From contig OZ231126.1 in the NCBI GenBank assembly GCA_965153355.1, positions 44,454,001 through 44,518,000 on the forward strand: DNA of 64,000 nt, written 5' to 3'. This DNA is from Flaccisagitta enflata. Its lineage: Eukaryota. Position 1 is the stretch's first letter; every line of letters begins with the position of its first letter. The notes under the pieces are model-generated. The model searched no databases. It worked only from the letters and a program-made list of their open reading frames with translations, and was not told the origin of the DNA. Below are positions 13,867-28,302 of the stretch, in pieces. Position numbers and translations under genes: made by a program.

Positions 13867-14501
13867 CAAGGAAAGCAACGGGCGTGAGTAAATATTAAAG
13901 AGAAAAATATTCATCCGCAATCATGGAAATTTGCATTTTTCGGTGTTCAATTCTGATTTCTGGTATTTAATTCAGGCCGCCGTCTTTGGATTCGTTTCCG
14001 TATCAAATTCATTTAATTCTTAAAAGAATTTCTTTTTTTTTCCTTTTCGGGCATCACGTTGGGTGACGAAAAAACTGACGATGATATGAGCAGATAGCAA
14101 ATCAAGGGAGAAATAAGAGACTGAGACTGAGAACAAGGCCGAGTCTAGGTCAACGATGCGTCTTCTATGAATGGACGTCCAACGACGACCAACGGACTGA
14201 CCGACCGACGGACCGACAGACCAGCTGACATAGCGGTTATAGAGTAGCGTGCACTCTACTAACAATTTTTTTCTGCCTTTCTCTCCATCCTTTTTTTGTC
14301 TGTCTGTTTGTTTATTTTTTGTTTGTCTGTTTATTTATTTATTCGTTTGTTTGTTTGTATCTTTCTTTCATTGTTTGTTTCTTTGTTTCTTTGTAATTTT
14401 TTTTTATTGCTTCCTTTCATCCCATCATTACAGATTGCTTTCTCTCTTTCTTGCGCTACTTTTTTATTCCCTTTCTTTCTTCCTTTCTTCCTTCCTTTCC
14501 T

Positions 14502-14577
<76 letters not shown>

Positions 14578-15431
14578 TCCTGTTTTATTTCTTTCTTTTC
14601 CCTTTGATTCATTCATTTCTCTCTTCATTTTTGTCTTTGGGCTTCTTTTTTCCAATCTTTTTTTTTAAAGATGATGAAGCGGAAGATAAAGGAAAGTCGA
14701 GTTTCATTAAGAGAGAAGACATTTACTTAAAACCAACTGAGAAATGAAGCCGCATAATAATTTGGTAGAAGAACTTCACTTCTCTCTGCTCATGAGAGTG
14801 AAACGGGGACCGAAGACTTTTAATTCTTTCAAAGAAAAAAAAAAGAGTTGATAAAAAGATGGGTTTCGATATATGTGATCATAATGAGAGCAAAGTTGAG
14901 CCTTTTGAAAAAGTCGGATTTTTTGGTGGCGGCGGCGGTGGAGGAGGCGGCGGCCTGTCAGGAGGAGGGAGTGGTGAGGGGAGAGGAAGAGGAGGAGGAG
15001 GAGGACAAAGTTGTCGGCCGTCTTTTTTTTCGACTCTTGAATCGTTTGAACTTTACTTGGAAAAATTGGGGGAGCGCGCGACGGGAAAACCGGTCGAGCG
15101 CGTGCGGAGTGCGGACGACGGCTCACATCTGCGAAAACGCATACTATGCACATACCCTCCCCTAATCTCCAGTCACCAATCATCAACCCCACATATTTCA
15201 ATCAATCAAATCTGTAACATAACCACCATTTAAAAAAATGACAGGAAATGGACTTTTGATGGTGGGGGAGCGGGGGGTGGGGGATCAGAATAATGAAAAA
15301 CAGTCTTCGTTGAGCTCCCTTACTGTTGTTTCTCCGATCATATCCTCTGTAAATGGATCAATTGTTCATTAGTAGCATTGACAATTAAAACAAGAACCAT
15401 TTATTGGTCCTTTCCGTTGGGAACCCCATTT

Positions 15432-16225
<794 letters not shown>

Positions 16226-16575
16226 GATTGCCGGACATTCTCATCCTTCCCTACCCCCAACTCTCACCGTCACGTCTGTCTCCCCTTCATCGATGAGGTG
16301 TTGGCTAGTCACACTTAACTATCGGTTTGACCGGCCGCATTTTGCTCTCAACCCAATTGATCTCTCTTGTTAATGAATGTTTCCGTAATTTCAAACCAAT
16401 TCACTTTTTGACACCAATTGCACTTATGTTATTTCTAAATGAACGTCAAATTAGTGTTACGAGTTTCGCATATTTTCATCACCCTTGTAGTGCGAAATCG
16501 TTCTTCACTTGAACACGCCACAAAAGAATAGTTGATGTGTCGTCTTTGCTTCACTTTCCTTTTATTGTTTTCTTA

Positions 16576-16680
<105 letters not shown>

Positions 16681-16697
16681 TGTGTGTGTGTGTGTGC

Positions 16698-16832
<135 letters not shown>

Positions 16833-17177
16833 CTTTTTGGTCGCGTGCTGCATCATACCCTTTGTCCGGTCCTCAATCCGTCGGTCCGTCAGTCCGTCTG
16901 TAAATCAGTCACACTTTACTTTTTTGGGTTTTGCGGTCTATGGCCTCACTGCTCTGGCCAAGTGATCATACCTCATATACACTGCCCCTGCCCACACGCG
17001 ACTGGGGTAGCCGTGTATCCGGCCTTGTTTTTTCCTGTCCCTCAGCGCTCGGTGTCCGTAAACTCGAGGAAAAGGTCAAGGGAAATTTTGGATTTATTGA
17101 TTTTGATTTTGTTTTGAATCGCGTATCACTCATCCATAACATGCAACTTAATAATTCAATAACACACGGAAGGAGAA

Positions 17178-17544
17178 ATATAATATGTGAACCCCCTAAA
17201 ACTGCCTTTACTTAGATCAAACTACAGTGATAAATAATTAAAAAGATATTGCTAATTAAAGTTTGTTACTGTACAAATGGCGCTACCAGAGCGATTTTGC
17301 TATTTCCATTCCAGTCTCAAATTATGATATAAAATCCTTGATTTTATAAACTTTTGATAATAGTTAATTTTAGTGCTTTATTAAGCTATATCTTGACTTA
17401 AAAAGCAAAATTAAAAAATCGCTCAGGTGACGCCACTTGTATTGATATAAACATTCTACCTCTACCTTAAAAGTGTGTTTAATTTAATCGGCTAGAGCTG
17501 TAGGTGGGGTTGCTACAGTTTTCAGGGGGTTCACACCTTATATT
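17178..17544. mobile_element. TIR MITE related to 29650-30014
   Basis: AATATAA..TGTGAACCCCCT.AAAACTG inverted at both ends plus an internal inverted pair; shares the CTGTAGG..GGGG.TGCTACAGTTTT motif with 29650-30014; exact ends unclear. Confidence 0.6.
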
Positions 17545-18230
17545 AACCTTTTCTCTGTAAAATGTTAAAGAGTTACATAAAATAAAGAATAAGTAAGTAA
17601 TGATACTCCTGAAATGTAGTCGGCATACAAATATGCCTCTCAAATATGTTTTTTAAGAAGGAACAGAGCTTGCAAAACAAAATCGAACAAGTGACGCGGG
17701 GGTCACAATATCGTTGCGGACGGGCCACCGGAGGAGTCTAACCCCCATCCACACCCCAAGCCCTACCCCCCATCTCCACACATACACGAAAACAACTAAA
17801 ACGCTCGTTTTCCCGTTTTTCGACTCGAACTTACGGACGGTCGTGCCGACGGACGAAGTCTCTTATAGAGAAAGAAGAAAATTCTTTGATTTTGCACAAT
17901 GATCATCTTATTGTGAAATGTGAATTGTGTCTGGAAATCTACCCCTCTGTTCGCCCCTGATCAACCCCCTTGCCCCGCCCTATCGACACCGATTTTTGAC
18001 AGAGGCATTTAAAGATTTAAAGATTTAAAGATTCGGGGAGATTCTTTGATTCTCATTCGTGACAGCACCGTACCCAAGACTTCTTAAGTCACTCACTGGA
18101 CAGGGGCAGTTATCTAAGAGACCTAGGCACCGATATAGCAGGTTATAAAAGCATCGTCTCGTATATTCGACAAAAAAGTAAATTAAAAGTAAAGATTATC
18201 ATGCTTGCTCTGCTTGTTTATTTCCCCCTT

Positions 18231-18452
18231 TCTAGTCGCGGACATGCAACTCTATAAGAGGCTTTGTCCGTCCGTCCGTCTGTCCGTCCGTTGGTCTGTC
18301 CATCATGGTGATTGAGTTAAAAAGTGGGAAAATGTGCGTTTTCGATACTTTTTGTGTATGTTTGAGTGTTGGGGGTGGGTTGGGGTGTGGATGGGGGTTG
18401 GATGCCCCTGCCCACCCGTCCGCAACGATATTGTGACCCCGCGTCACTTGTT
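18231..18452 (+). mobile_element. Helentron/DINE-1-like element, family A variant
   Basis: TAGTCGCGGACATGCAACTCTA start, GTCC tract, GCCCCTGCCCACCCG, end GTGACCCCGCGTCACTTGTT; related copies near 17686, 22208, 61208. Confidence 0.65.
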
Positions 18453-18468
18453 CATTCTCTTGCTGGTA

Positions 18469-18513
<45 letters not shown>

Positions 18514-19083
18514 CAGAAAGAGAGAGACGGAGACAGAAGAAAGACAAACGGAGACACACAGACAGACCGTCAGCAACAGAGCCTGATATGATGCAAATTG
18601 AAATAAAACGGGTATTTCACTTGGCGGTGAAGGGCGTCTCGCGCGATAAAACATTCGGCGTTGACGTAAGGACGCCAAAACCTTAGCCTAGGTCTTAACA
18701 TGAGGTTGAAGCCTGAATCCTAAGGTTGCAGCCTTACTGCCTTAAAGGTTGAAGGGCTTCGCTATCGAGCTAAAAAGATTTTCACATGAAAACGTGAAGG
18801 GCGCTCAGAAGTGAAAACGGGAGATGCAATCACATAACTTCTTTTTTTTCCACGTTGCCTGCTAATTCATAAAATGGATGAACTTTTGACACGACGCGTC
18901 GAGTATTGTTAATAATAAAAATTCCCAGGATGATGAATGGCGTTGATGCACATAATGAAACTCACGGGAAAAGAAATATGTGCCTGAGCATATGCTCATG
19001 CACACGCACACGCACATGCAAACGCGTGCACACACAGGCTGCACAATGGTGACAATATTGCTCGTGAACTTTGACACGCGATG

Positions 19084-19370
19084 TTTAGATGCGTCCGCCA
19101 GGGTCTGTCCGTCGGACCGTCCGTCCTTTACCCCTGTGCAAAAACTGCGTTTTTCGGCTGTTTTTGGCCACGTTGAGATTCTATACTGAACTATATGATC
19201 GACAAACGCGTTTTGAGACCCTTCTTTGCTACCCTGTCGTTTCATCTGTGTGTTTGTTCATCTGTCTATCTGTCTATGTCACATGCTTGGCAGTGAGTTG
19301 GCACTAAATTGTAAATTCAATACACGCGGAGACACAGCCCGGACGCATCTTTACCAGGTCGGGCTAGTTT
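19084..19370 (+). mobile_element. Helentron/DINE-1-like element, family B
   Basis: Homologous to 1142-1439 over its length, with an internal deletion near the 5' end. Confidence 0.65.
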
Positions 19371-20129
19371 TCTCTTGACTGCTCCGACCGGGTTTTGAAA
19401 AATGTTCGCTGAACATCGAGCACACATTTTTTCTTCCAACGAATTGAGCATTCGTTCGTTAATACATCCATTCATTCATTCATTCATTCATTCATTCATT
19501 CATTCATTCATTCATTCATTCATACATTCATTAATTCATTCATTCATTCATTCATTCATTCATTCATTCATTCATTCATTCATTTATTCATTCATTCATT
19601 CATTCTTTCATCCAATCATTCCCCCATTCATTCACTCATTCATTCATTCATTCATTCATTCATTCATTCATTCATTCATTCATTCATTCATTCATTCATT
19701 CATTCATTCATTCTTTCATATCAGGTACCCACACTATCGTACATATCGATCCTTCATGTCTCATTCATATCGCACAGTGTAGTACTTACCAACTTCATCG
19801 TCATGGCTCCACGGTCACGGCCCAAATTCTGTGTGAACACGCTCATCAATTTGCTAGTTAACATCAGTTATCACTGACTGACGTTCTTACGAGGATTCTT
19901 GCCCCACAGAGGAATACGGAGTCTAGCCGATCGCTTAACGATCGACTTAGTGAAGTTTTTTGGAATTTCTGCATGTAATCGTCGATAGTAAACCTACATG
20001 TTTTCATGATCCTTTCCCCATTCAGTCACAGTGAGAAACTTTTCTTTTTGAGAATTGCGTTTTGAAGTAAAAACCCTCATTCAACGTAGTTTTGTTGCCA
20101 ATCGGCTTTCCAAATGTGTGTGTGTGTGT

Positions 20130-20179
<50 letters not shown>

Positions 20180-20183
20180 GCGT

Positions 20184-20235
<52 letters not shown>

Positions 20236-20355
20236 GTGTGTTTGCTATTAACTGGTGCGTGTGTATTTGTGCTTGTGTGTGTACGTGTGCTTGGAAAAAT
20301 ATTAACATCTGCTCTATGCCTTTGGGTGTGGAGTGGTGGCTGTGGATTTTGAAAA

Positions 20356-20523
20356 AAACAAGGCCGGATACACCGCAATCCAGTCACGGAAGGTTGGGCA
20401 GGAGCAGTAATGCAAAATCCGCTCGAAATTCAGAAAACTTCGTAACCAACTTACCGACCTACCGACCTACCAACCTACCGACCGACACAGCAAGGTGTAG
20501 AGTCGAGTGTCCGCGACTAAAAA
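20356..20523 (-). mobile_element. Helentron/DINE-1-like element, family A
   Basis: AACAAGGCCGGATACAC...AGAGTCGAGTGTCCGCGACTAAAA, the reverse complement of the family A layout. Confidence 0.7.
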
Positions 20524-20749
20524 CAAGAATACCCTCCCAGTCAATATTCCTACTTTGATGTGTATCAAAGTTGCGCTTCTTGGGAGTGAAAAGATTCTTA
20601 CAAGCTTCCTTTCAAGAAGATGAATGCCTCAGTAAATATACAAAGAATCGCCTTTCGGAACGGGATGTTCTGCGGCATTCGCGTCCATTGACGGAAGAAA
20701 CGTTCGTCTACCATAAGTTCATATGAACTTATGTGATGTAATTAAAAAT

Positions 20750-20837
<88 letters not shown>

Positions 20838-21990
20838 CCGATGGAGGCACCTTTTGGTGGGCGCGCCTGCACCTGAGTATTGGAGTTAAAGCGCCGAAAC
20901 TCACTCTAGGGTGTAGGTCTCAAACTGATGACCAGAAATTGGATATGTTAAAATATTCTAAAGAGAACTAAATTCTTTTCTAAATATGGCAAAGTACTTG
21001 ATACCCCTTCATGGTGACCTATCATCCCATGATATATCTTCTTGAAGATGAATTCCCATTCCTCCAATCATTAAGATTTCCCTTTAACACAAATTAGTAT
21101 AAATTGTCCATATTCCCACCCCCATAGTTTAATTGAAAGGAGGGGTAACAGCTAGGGAGTCGGATCCCCATAGTTCTGTTTTTTCAATTAGATTTAACCT
21201 TTGCTGAATTGACTACCCCTGTCAATGCCAGAAGTCAGCACTAACAACAATCCCTTAACCTAATAGCTATAATGGAGATTCATAATTGTTTGAGAGATAA
21301 GACAAAAGTCTTGTTTTCTGCATAAAAATTACTTATCCAAAGGTTTTGAATTCCAATAACCACTAAACTTAGGTCGTACCTAAAATTGGAGACGTAAGTA
21401 TATGAGTGGAAGCATATACTATACAGAAATGAGTAGCTTATGAATGTTTTATTTTACTTTTATATGTCAAGATTTTTTTCAATAACATTTTCCTATTTTG
21501 TAAGATACTTTTTGTTGCACATTTCATAAGATATCGGAGTGCGTGATGTCCTTTCTCATGGAGCAAAATTGTAACTAAATCCTTCTATCGACCACGGATA
21601 ATGCGCCGTTATTTAGGGATGCAGGTGTGAGAATATGGATAACATGATAAATATCTCGAACTGGAGGTACAGTTATAGATCATCATCCGCCATCCGTCAT
21701 CACCATCATCAGCAGCATCTTATCATCAGCTATCATCATCAGCCATCATCATCATCATAATCATCATCATCATCATAATCATCATCATCAGTGACTTCAG
21801 TGACTTCAGTGACATCAGTGACTTGTTAATCATCGATTTGGTTTCAATATGTTTGCATCGTGGAAATCAAATCTAATCAGAAAGTTGTTGCCGCTGCCGA
21901 CCTGATACTCTCTCTCTCCGTCTCTCTGTCTCTCTCTGTCTCTCTCTGTCTCTCTCTGTCTCTCTCTGTCTCTCTCTGTCTCTCTCTGTC

Positions 21991-22073
<83 letters not shown>

Positions 22074-22788
22074 GTACTCTATAACAATGCTTACAGCATG
22101 GTGGCTGTTGAGCTTAAAAAAAAAGAGTAGATGATAAAAGCAGAATGAAAAGATGGTATTAACTTTTATAATCATGGGCTCTTTAAACATTTTTGTGAAT
22201 CTTTACTTTTTAGTTGCGGACAAGACACTCTATAAAAGACTTTGTCTGTCCGTCGGTCCGTCCGTTGGTCTTTCGGTCTGTGGTGATCGAGTCGAAAAGT
22301 GTGAAAACGTGCATTTATGATGCTGCAGAGCAGTTATGATTGTTTGAGTGAGTGAACATGGGGTGGGGGAGAGTCGAGAGTTGCACGCCTCTGCCCCAAC
22401 GCCCGCGTCACTTGTTAATTCAATCAGGTTTATCTCATTTACCTAATTGCTTCTAAGCGGTGGTGTATGATTTTTGATGAGTGAAAGGATATTAAAATCT
22501 TATCATTTATTGTGATACTACTAATTAACAACATTGTAATAACTATTTCAGCCTTGAACCGAGCTTCAAATAAGGCTTAACAGCATTGAGCCTCAGCAAA
22601 AAATGATCCCGTTGTTAGAAATATAACGTTTTTAAAATATAACGAATTCGAGAAATACAAGTTAACTGATATTTCTCCTCATTCTCACGGTGAGGGAGAA
22701 GAAAGTGTTTCATTACTACCAACTCGCAATCACCACATCGCTCTGGAATCAAAAGGTTATCTCAAACAAACCAATGCGTTATTCGTCT

Positions 22789-22890
<102 letters not shown>

Positions 22891-23169
22891 GCCACTTTGT
22901 TTTCCATCATCCATGGATATTCATCCCTGCCGCTGCCGCTTTCACCTTCCCATATCCTAAGTTGAGGATATTCGTGTTGCTGCTGCTCACACTCTCGTTT
23001 TGTGGTCAGTCGCCCAAGATCGTATGGAAGGTTGTTTTTGATCATCGTTTGTAACATCGGATGATAAGCAATTTCGTTACGAGTTGTATTTCTACGTGGA
23101 ATAACGTCGATGCCTCACCGATAAGAAACTTTCCACGCTGAGCCTGGTAAGTTCATGGGAGTGTGTGTG

Positions 23170-23209
<40 letters not shown>

Positions 23210-23459
23210 TACCGAATAAACGATAAACGAATATTGATTTGCCGCGATGGTGATCGATCGAGGGCCCAAAAGCGGTGGTTCAATAACGACGCCATTCCAA
23301 CGTTTTCTCTCCTTCGTATCAATTAAAACGGCTCAATCCTTGCTCATAGATCAGCAAATGAAATGAACGGCGGCAAGTCTGTCATAAGAATTAAGTTTTA
23401 TCTCGCATATACCGCTGTACAATAAATTCCATGATGTGAAATATCAATCACGAGTTAAA

Positions 23460-23576
23460 ATGTCCAAACCACGTAAAAAAGTAAAAACCGAGAAGCATAC
23501 CGCTACGTCAACAGGAGGGGCAACTACATTTACCACCCCACCAGCCTCTGAAAAACAACAACAACAACAACAACAA

Positions 23577-23615
<39 letters not shown>

Positions 23616-26541
23616 CCTGTTCAGCTGGCAGTTCCAGCGCCAACCATGCAGCAGTTATCTAATGCACAAATGCCACTTCAATTGGTGCAATTTCCCAGTG
23701 GCCAACAAGCTTTCATGCCCGTCAATCAACCCATGCTTGCACCTCAACTGCAACAGCAACTCCTGATGGTCAATGGATCAAGTACACAGCAAGCCAAGAC
23801 AGTTCCTCAGCAACCGGTCGTTCCGATGCCGCAAATCATTTCCGCAAACGACGGTTTGACGATGCAGCAACTTCAAGCCGCGCCGGCGGCCATGAGTTTA
23901 TTCCCTCCTGGTGTTAGAATGCCTTACATGCCGGCGCCGATGTTTTCATTGCCGACAAATGGCATTCAACAACAACAATCTTTGCCACAACAGCAATTGC
24001 TGCAGCAGATGCAATTGCCCATTCCAAAAGTTCTTCCGACGGCCTCATTGGTGGCGTCAACGGCAGCTACCACGCCAACCACGAAGCCCATGGCCACCAC
24101 GCCTTCAAAACAACAACAACAACAACGACCGACATCACCAATATCCCCCTCCTCTTCGTCATCTTCCTCCATTTCCGATAGCGACTCTGATTCGTCGACG
24201 TGTCCCGGCTGTGAAAACCAATCAGAGGTCGCCAATCATCAATTAGGGTATTTTTCCACTGTTTCTCAAGTCAAAGATGCTTTGTCGAGATTATCGGGAA
24301 GTCCACCCTCTGGCATCACTGTGCAGATCGTGGAAGAAGGCGATCAAAGCGAATGTGCCGCTGCGGCGGCAAATGCGGCGGCTGAGGCGGCGAAGTTCAT
24401 CCTTAGAGGATCAGAGGACGTCGTGGCGTTGGTTCAGCGCAACGTCGATCACGTATCAGATTGTCGGCGCTCTTTCTCGCTCGCCGGCGTTGTTGTTTGG
24501 GACGCTGTTTCCGAGAAGCTAGTCATTGACGCAGCCGCCAATCTCGAACGCGCCGTCGACTCGAGCGGATTCTGCTTCACCGACGCTCTCAAGTTTTGTC
24601 ATTGCGGAAATTTGCCTCTTTTCAAAAGCTTCTTAGTCGGCTGCTCTTTGGATGTAGAGGATAGTCAAGAAGCAGTGGACGAGAAAGAGGATAACAAAGG
24701 ATTCCATTGCGCCTTCAAGGACAAACCTTTTGTCGACAAAGTGCCGTCGACGTTCGGAGGCGAGGCGGTGGCCAAGTCGGTCGCAGATGACGTGGATTGC
24801 ATCGCCGATCAGTTGTCGACGTTGTCTTCGCTGACGCTGCCGGCGGCTGCGTTGCGGCGTCACGCGGCGTTGCGCGAATCGGCGTTGGAATGTAGTTTGG
24901 GAACCGCGTCAAAATTCGCCGGAAGAATCTTCTCGTCGGCGATCGTGGAAATGCGAGGATCGACGCATCGGCGGAAAATTCAAAGACCGACGATCGGTTC
25001 CGCGGCGGCGATTGTTTATTTAGGAAAAGGGGAATCTAAACAGATGTTGCCACAATTAACCTTTGTGGAGGAGAAACAAGGAGGGGGAGGAGGAAGAGGA
25101 GGACAAGATAGAGGACCAATGGTAGGCGTCGCTTTAGAGAGGCGCGCTGTATTTTTGACTCGCGCCGATTTTTGGCGTTCTTCAAGTTGCGATGACACTA
25201 CCGGTTTCGCGTTGGTGTTTTACTGCGAATCCGGACTGAATAAGAGAAATCACGGTAGTAACGGGATTAACAACAACGGATGTCATAAAGAGAACAATGT
25301 CATTCTGGGAAGCGAAACGAAACCCCCGGTAAATGGAATAACAACGGCTTTAGATAGTCATTACACGATGAAAATGTCGACATCAGAGATTCTGCCACCG
25401 CCGCCGCCGCTGCAACAACAGCCACCACCAACACCACAGCCGAGAGCTGTAACGGCTGATGATATCCTGGGTCAGTGTATGGAGACGCTGTTTGGTGACT
25501 CTGCAGAGGATTCCGCCTTGAAGATTTGCGAAGAAGGCGAGAAGGGCGGAGATGATGACGAAGAGGAAGATGCTGACGATGATGAAGAGGATGATGACGT
25601 AGATGTTGACGTCGTCACTCCGGAAATAGACGAAGAAACCACCGTCACCGCCGCATCTCTTGTCAGTCAACAAAATGCTTCCCAAGCGCAGCAGCAACAA
25701 GAGCAGCAAATGCAGCAGCAGCGTCTGCCACATCTTCAGCCAATATTGGGATTTCCACCCAACGCCGCAGCGGGATTGAATGGTTTTCCAATTCCGACTA
25801 CCACTATCGACCGAAATCAAGTTCTCTCGGTCTTGCCGTATTTCCAAAATGGCGCCATGAATCCTGGAAACCTTCTTGCTCAAGGCACCAATATCATCGC
25901 AAATGCTAATCTCAATCAAGGAAACGTCCATTATATCAATCCGCTTCATATAGCTGTGACCGCCACGACTGCACCGACGACGACAACAATGACCACGACG
26001 ACGATGCCATTGACGACAACGGCGGCTTCTGTGGTACCTGGATCCACCGTGATTGCTTCCTCTAGCATTGCCGTAAACACCGCGACCGTTCAAAATGGAG
26101 TTAAAGATTTAGCCCGTCCGATGATAGAAGATATTTCATCGCCAGAAGAGAGCATTTCGCCCCCCGTTGGGGAAACGACGTCGAACACTGACGGCGACGT
26201 GAACAAAAGGGCCAATTCTGTTGCGAACTTGAATGGAAAATCATCTGAACCCGACGTCACATTAAAGCGGACAAAAGAGTCAACTGCCGCTTCCATCCTA
26301 GAGGATGCGACACCGTCGACACAAACTTCGAAATCCAATAACAAGATTCAGCATTGTCCTTACTGCGGAAGAGGCTTCGAATATGCCGGAAATCTGAGAC
26401 GTCATGTGACTAAATTACATCCGGGCTGCGAAGTTCCCGGAAAAAGCACCAAAATACGCTCCAACGGTGGAAATCTCGAAGCTTTCGCGCCGGCGAAAAA
26501 ACAAAAGCTCAATGGAAACGTTGAAACCGGAAAAATGCCTG
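23460..26541 (+). CDS. TET-like pseudoenzyme / C2H2 / C-clamp protein, exon 1 (basic N-terminus, poly-Q, TET-like domain, acidic region, C2H2 finger 1)
   Basis: First in-frame ATG after TAA at 23385; KPRKKVK NLS-like; TET-like motifs at 24201-25256; C2H2 CPYCGRGFEYAGNLRRHVTKLH at 26355-26420; donor CCTG|gtaaac (phase 1) followed by microsatellite intron. Confidence 0.88.
24201..25256 (+). other. Divergent animal-type TET Cys-rich + DSBH domain (approx. aa 248-599), predicted catalytically inactive
   Basis: Collinear matches to human TET2 recalled from memory: HQLG/THLG, AKFILR/AKWVVR, VVVWDAV/ILVWEGI, CHC..SFLVGCS/CAC..SFSFGCS, HCAF/GCKF, ECSLG..GRIFS/ECRLG..GRPFS, QMLP/HVLP, VGVA/VAVA, FALVFYCESGLNKRNHG/ISLVFYQHKSMNEPKHG. 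Confidence 0.8.
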
Positions 26542-26577
26542 GTAAACCTGTGATTCTAACTGCTTTCTTTCTTTTTT

Positions 26578-26655
<78 letters not shown>

Positions 26656-26664
26656 CTTCTGTCT

Positions 26665-26763
<99 letters not shown>

Positions 26764-26943
26764 TTTTGGTGAGTTTTGCTTCCCCAACTTTTTTGTTTTT
26801 ATTTTTCCTCTGCCTCGACCTGTTTTATTTATATGTGTCCGTCTGTCTACCTACACCCCTCCCAATCTTCCTTATTCTTATCTATCTGTCAAATGACACT
26901 CCTATCTTGCTGTCAACTGTCACTTTTTTTTTCACCTCTTCAG

Positions 26944-27899
26944 GCTATACCATCGTTCGACTGAGTTCCGACAGTCAACAGACAACGCCGTCACTCGTCA
27001 AATTCGAACCCTCAGAAACACCGCATTCTGATTCGTCAAGCTCAACTCCTCCCATCGTCCAATCAGATTCTCCGCTCATGACTTTGACCGCAGCGGCGCT
27101 TTCCACCGCCGAAACGTCATCGCTCGTCAAGATAGAGACTAACGGTATCAGCGGTGTTGGCTCGTCGATATCTTCTCTATCCAACGGCTCGACAGCAACA
27201 TCCGCTTCCTTTCCGTCTACTACTATTGTACCGCCACCTCTCATTAAGGCTCCAACTATATCCTCATCAGCCTCAGCGGCAACTAACTCCCCCTTGTTCG
27301 TGGTGTCAAATGGCGTGAAACCCGCCGTCATGCCTCCGATGTTTCAATTGGTGATGGCTTCATCCGCATCTCCTTCAATAACGAAACCCGTCTCAACTAC
27401 ATCTAACGGCCTACCATCGAAAGCGACTCCAATTCTTATCGCTTCTATCAACACGTCAACGCTAAACTCAACTGCTTCGTCCGCCCACGGCGCTCCAGAA
27501 GTCGTCGACTCTCTTATCAACGTTCCTGCAGCCGCGACTGCACCCGCCAAAATCCTCATCACGCCAGCGAAAAGTACATCCGCCAAATCCGTCGTCAAAT
27601 CTCCCGGGGTGGGCGCCGCCGCGACGCCAAAAGTCATGATGTTGCCAAACTCAAAGCAGCCTTCAGCTTCCTCGGCCTCCTCCCCACCATCCTCCTCCCC
27701 TCCTTCCTCATCTTCTTCGCCCGCCGTCGGCATCGTTCTTCCGTCGATGAGTGATCCCGAGAAAGACGCGATGATTCTGCGGCATCTTCAAGAAGAGTTG
27801 CTCAAGCATCGATCGAAAAACGCCACCTCGCGCGGCAAAAGGGAATCGGGCATTGATAAGAGACTCATCGCGGAATATCTGGAAACGTACAAGAAACAG
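26944..27899 (+). CDS. TET-like / C-clamp protein, exon 2 (Ser/Thr/Pro-rich, helical C-terminal part)
   Basis: Acceptor tttttcacctcttcag|GC restores Gly in phase 1; donor AAACAG|gtttgt in phase 0. Confidence 0.85.
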
Positions 27900-27925
27900 G
27901 TTTGTACTTAAATAGCCTTGTTTTA

Positions 27926-28020
<95 letters not shown>

Positions 28021-28302
28021 GTTTCATGATGAAATCAGAATGCGGTTGTTGGTAATTGATATTGTTGTTAGGTCATTATTAGTCTTTTCTTCTTCTTCAT
28101 TAGTTGCCACAGTTTTCGTACGGAGTATTGCATTTCCTCTGTCGTCGTTGTAGTTGTTAGTTTTTTTATTGTTTATAATCTCGTTGCCGTTTCTTTATGG
28201 CTTATGCTCTCATTGCTTTCCGATATTCCACAATCACAATTTTAAATAAATGTAACTGAAAAGGGGTTTTCAACTTTTCTGCAAAATATTCCTCTCTAAA
28301 AG

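Noticed and set aside
23050-23350. Possible 5' UTR exon and intron of the TET-like gene (CTG|gtaagt at 23147, catag| at 23349)
   Set aside because: Plausible but unsupported without transcripts; it does not alter the CDS.
24201-25256. Calling the gene a canonical TET ortholog (gene symbol Tet)
   Set aside because: No HxD, distal His or RxS, no CXXC, and a different domain order; orthology cannot be shown from this window.
23436-27911. Single-exon 1491-aa protein as given by the ORF track
   Set aside because: It starts at GTG, reads through a microsatellite intron (26542-26943) and misses exon 3; the spliced model is better supported.
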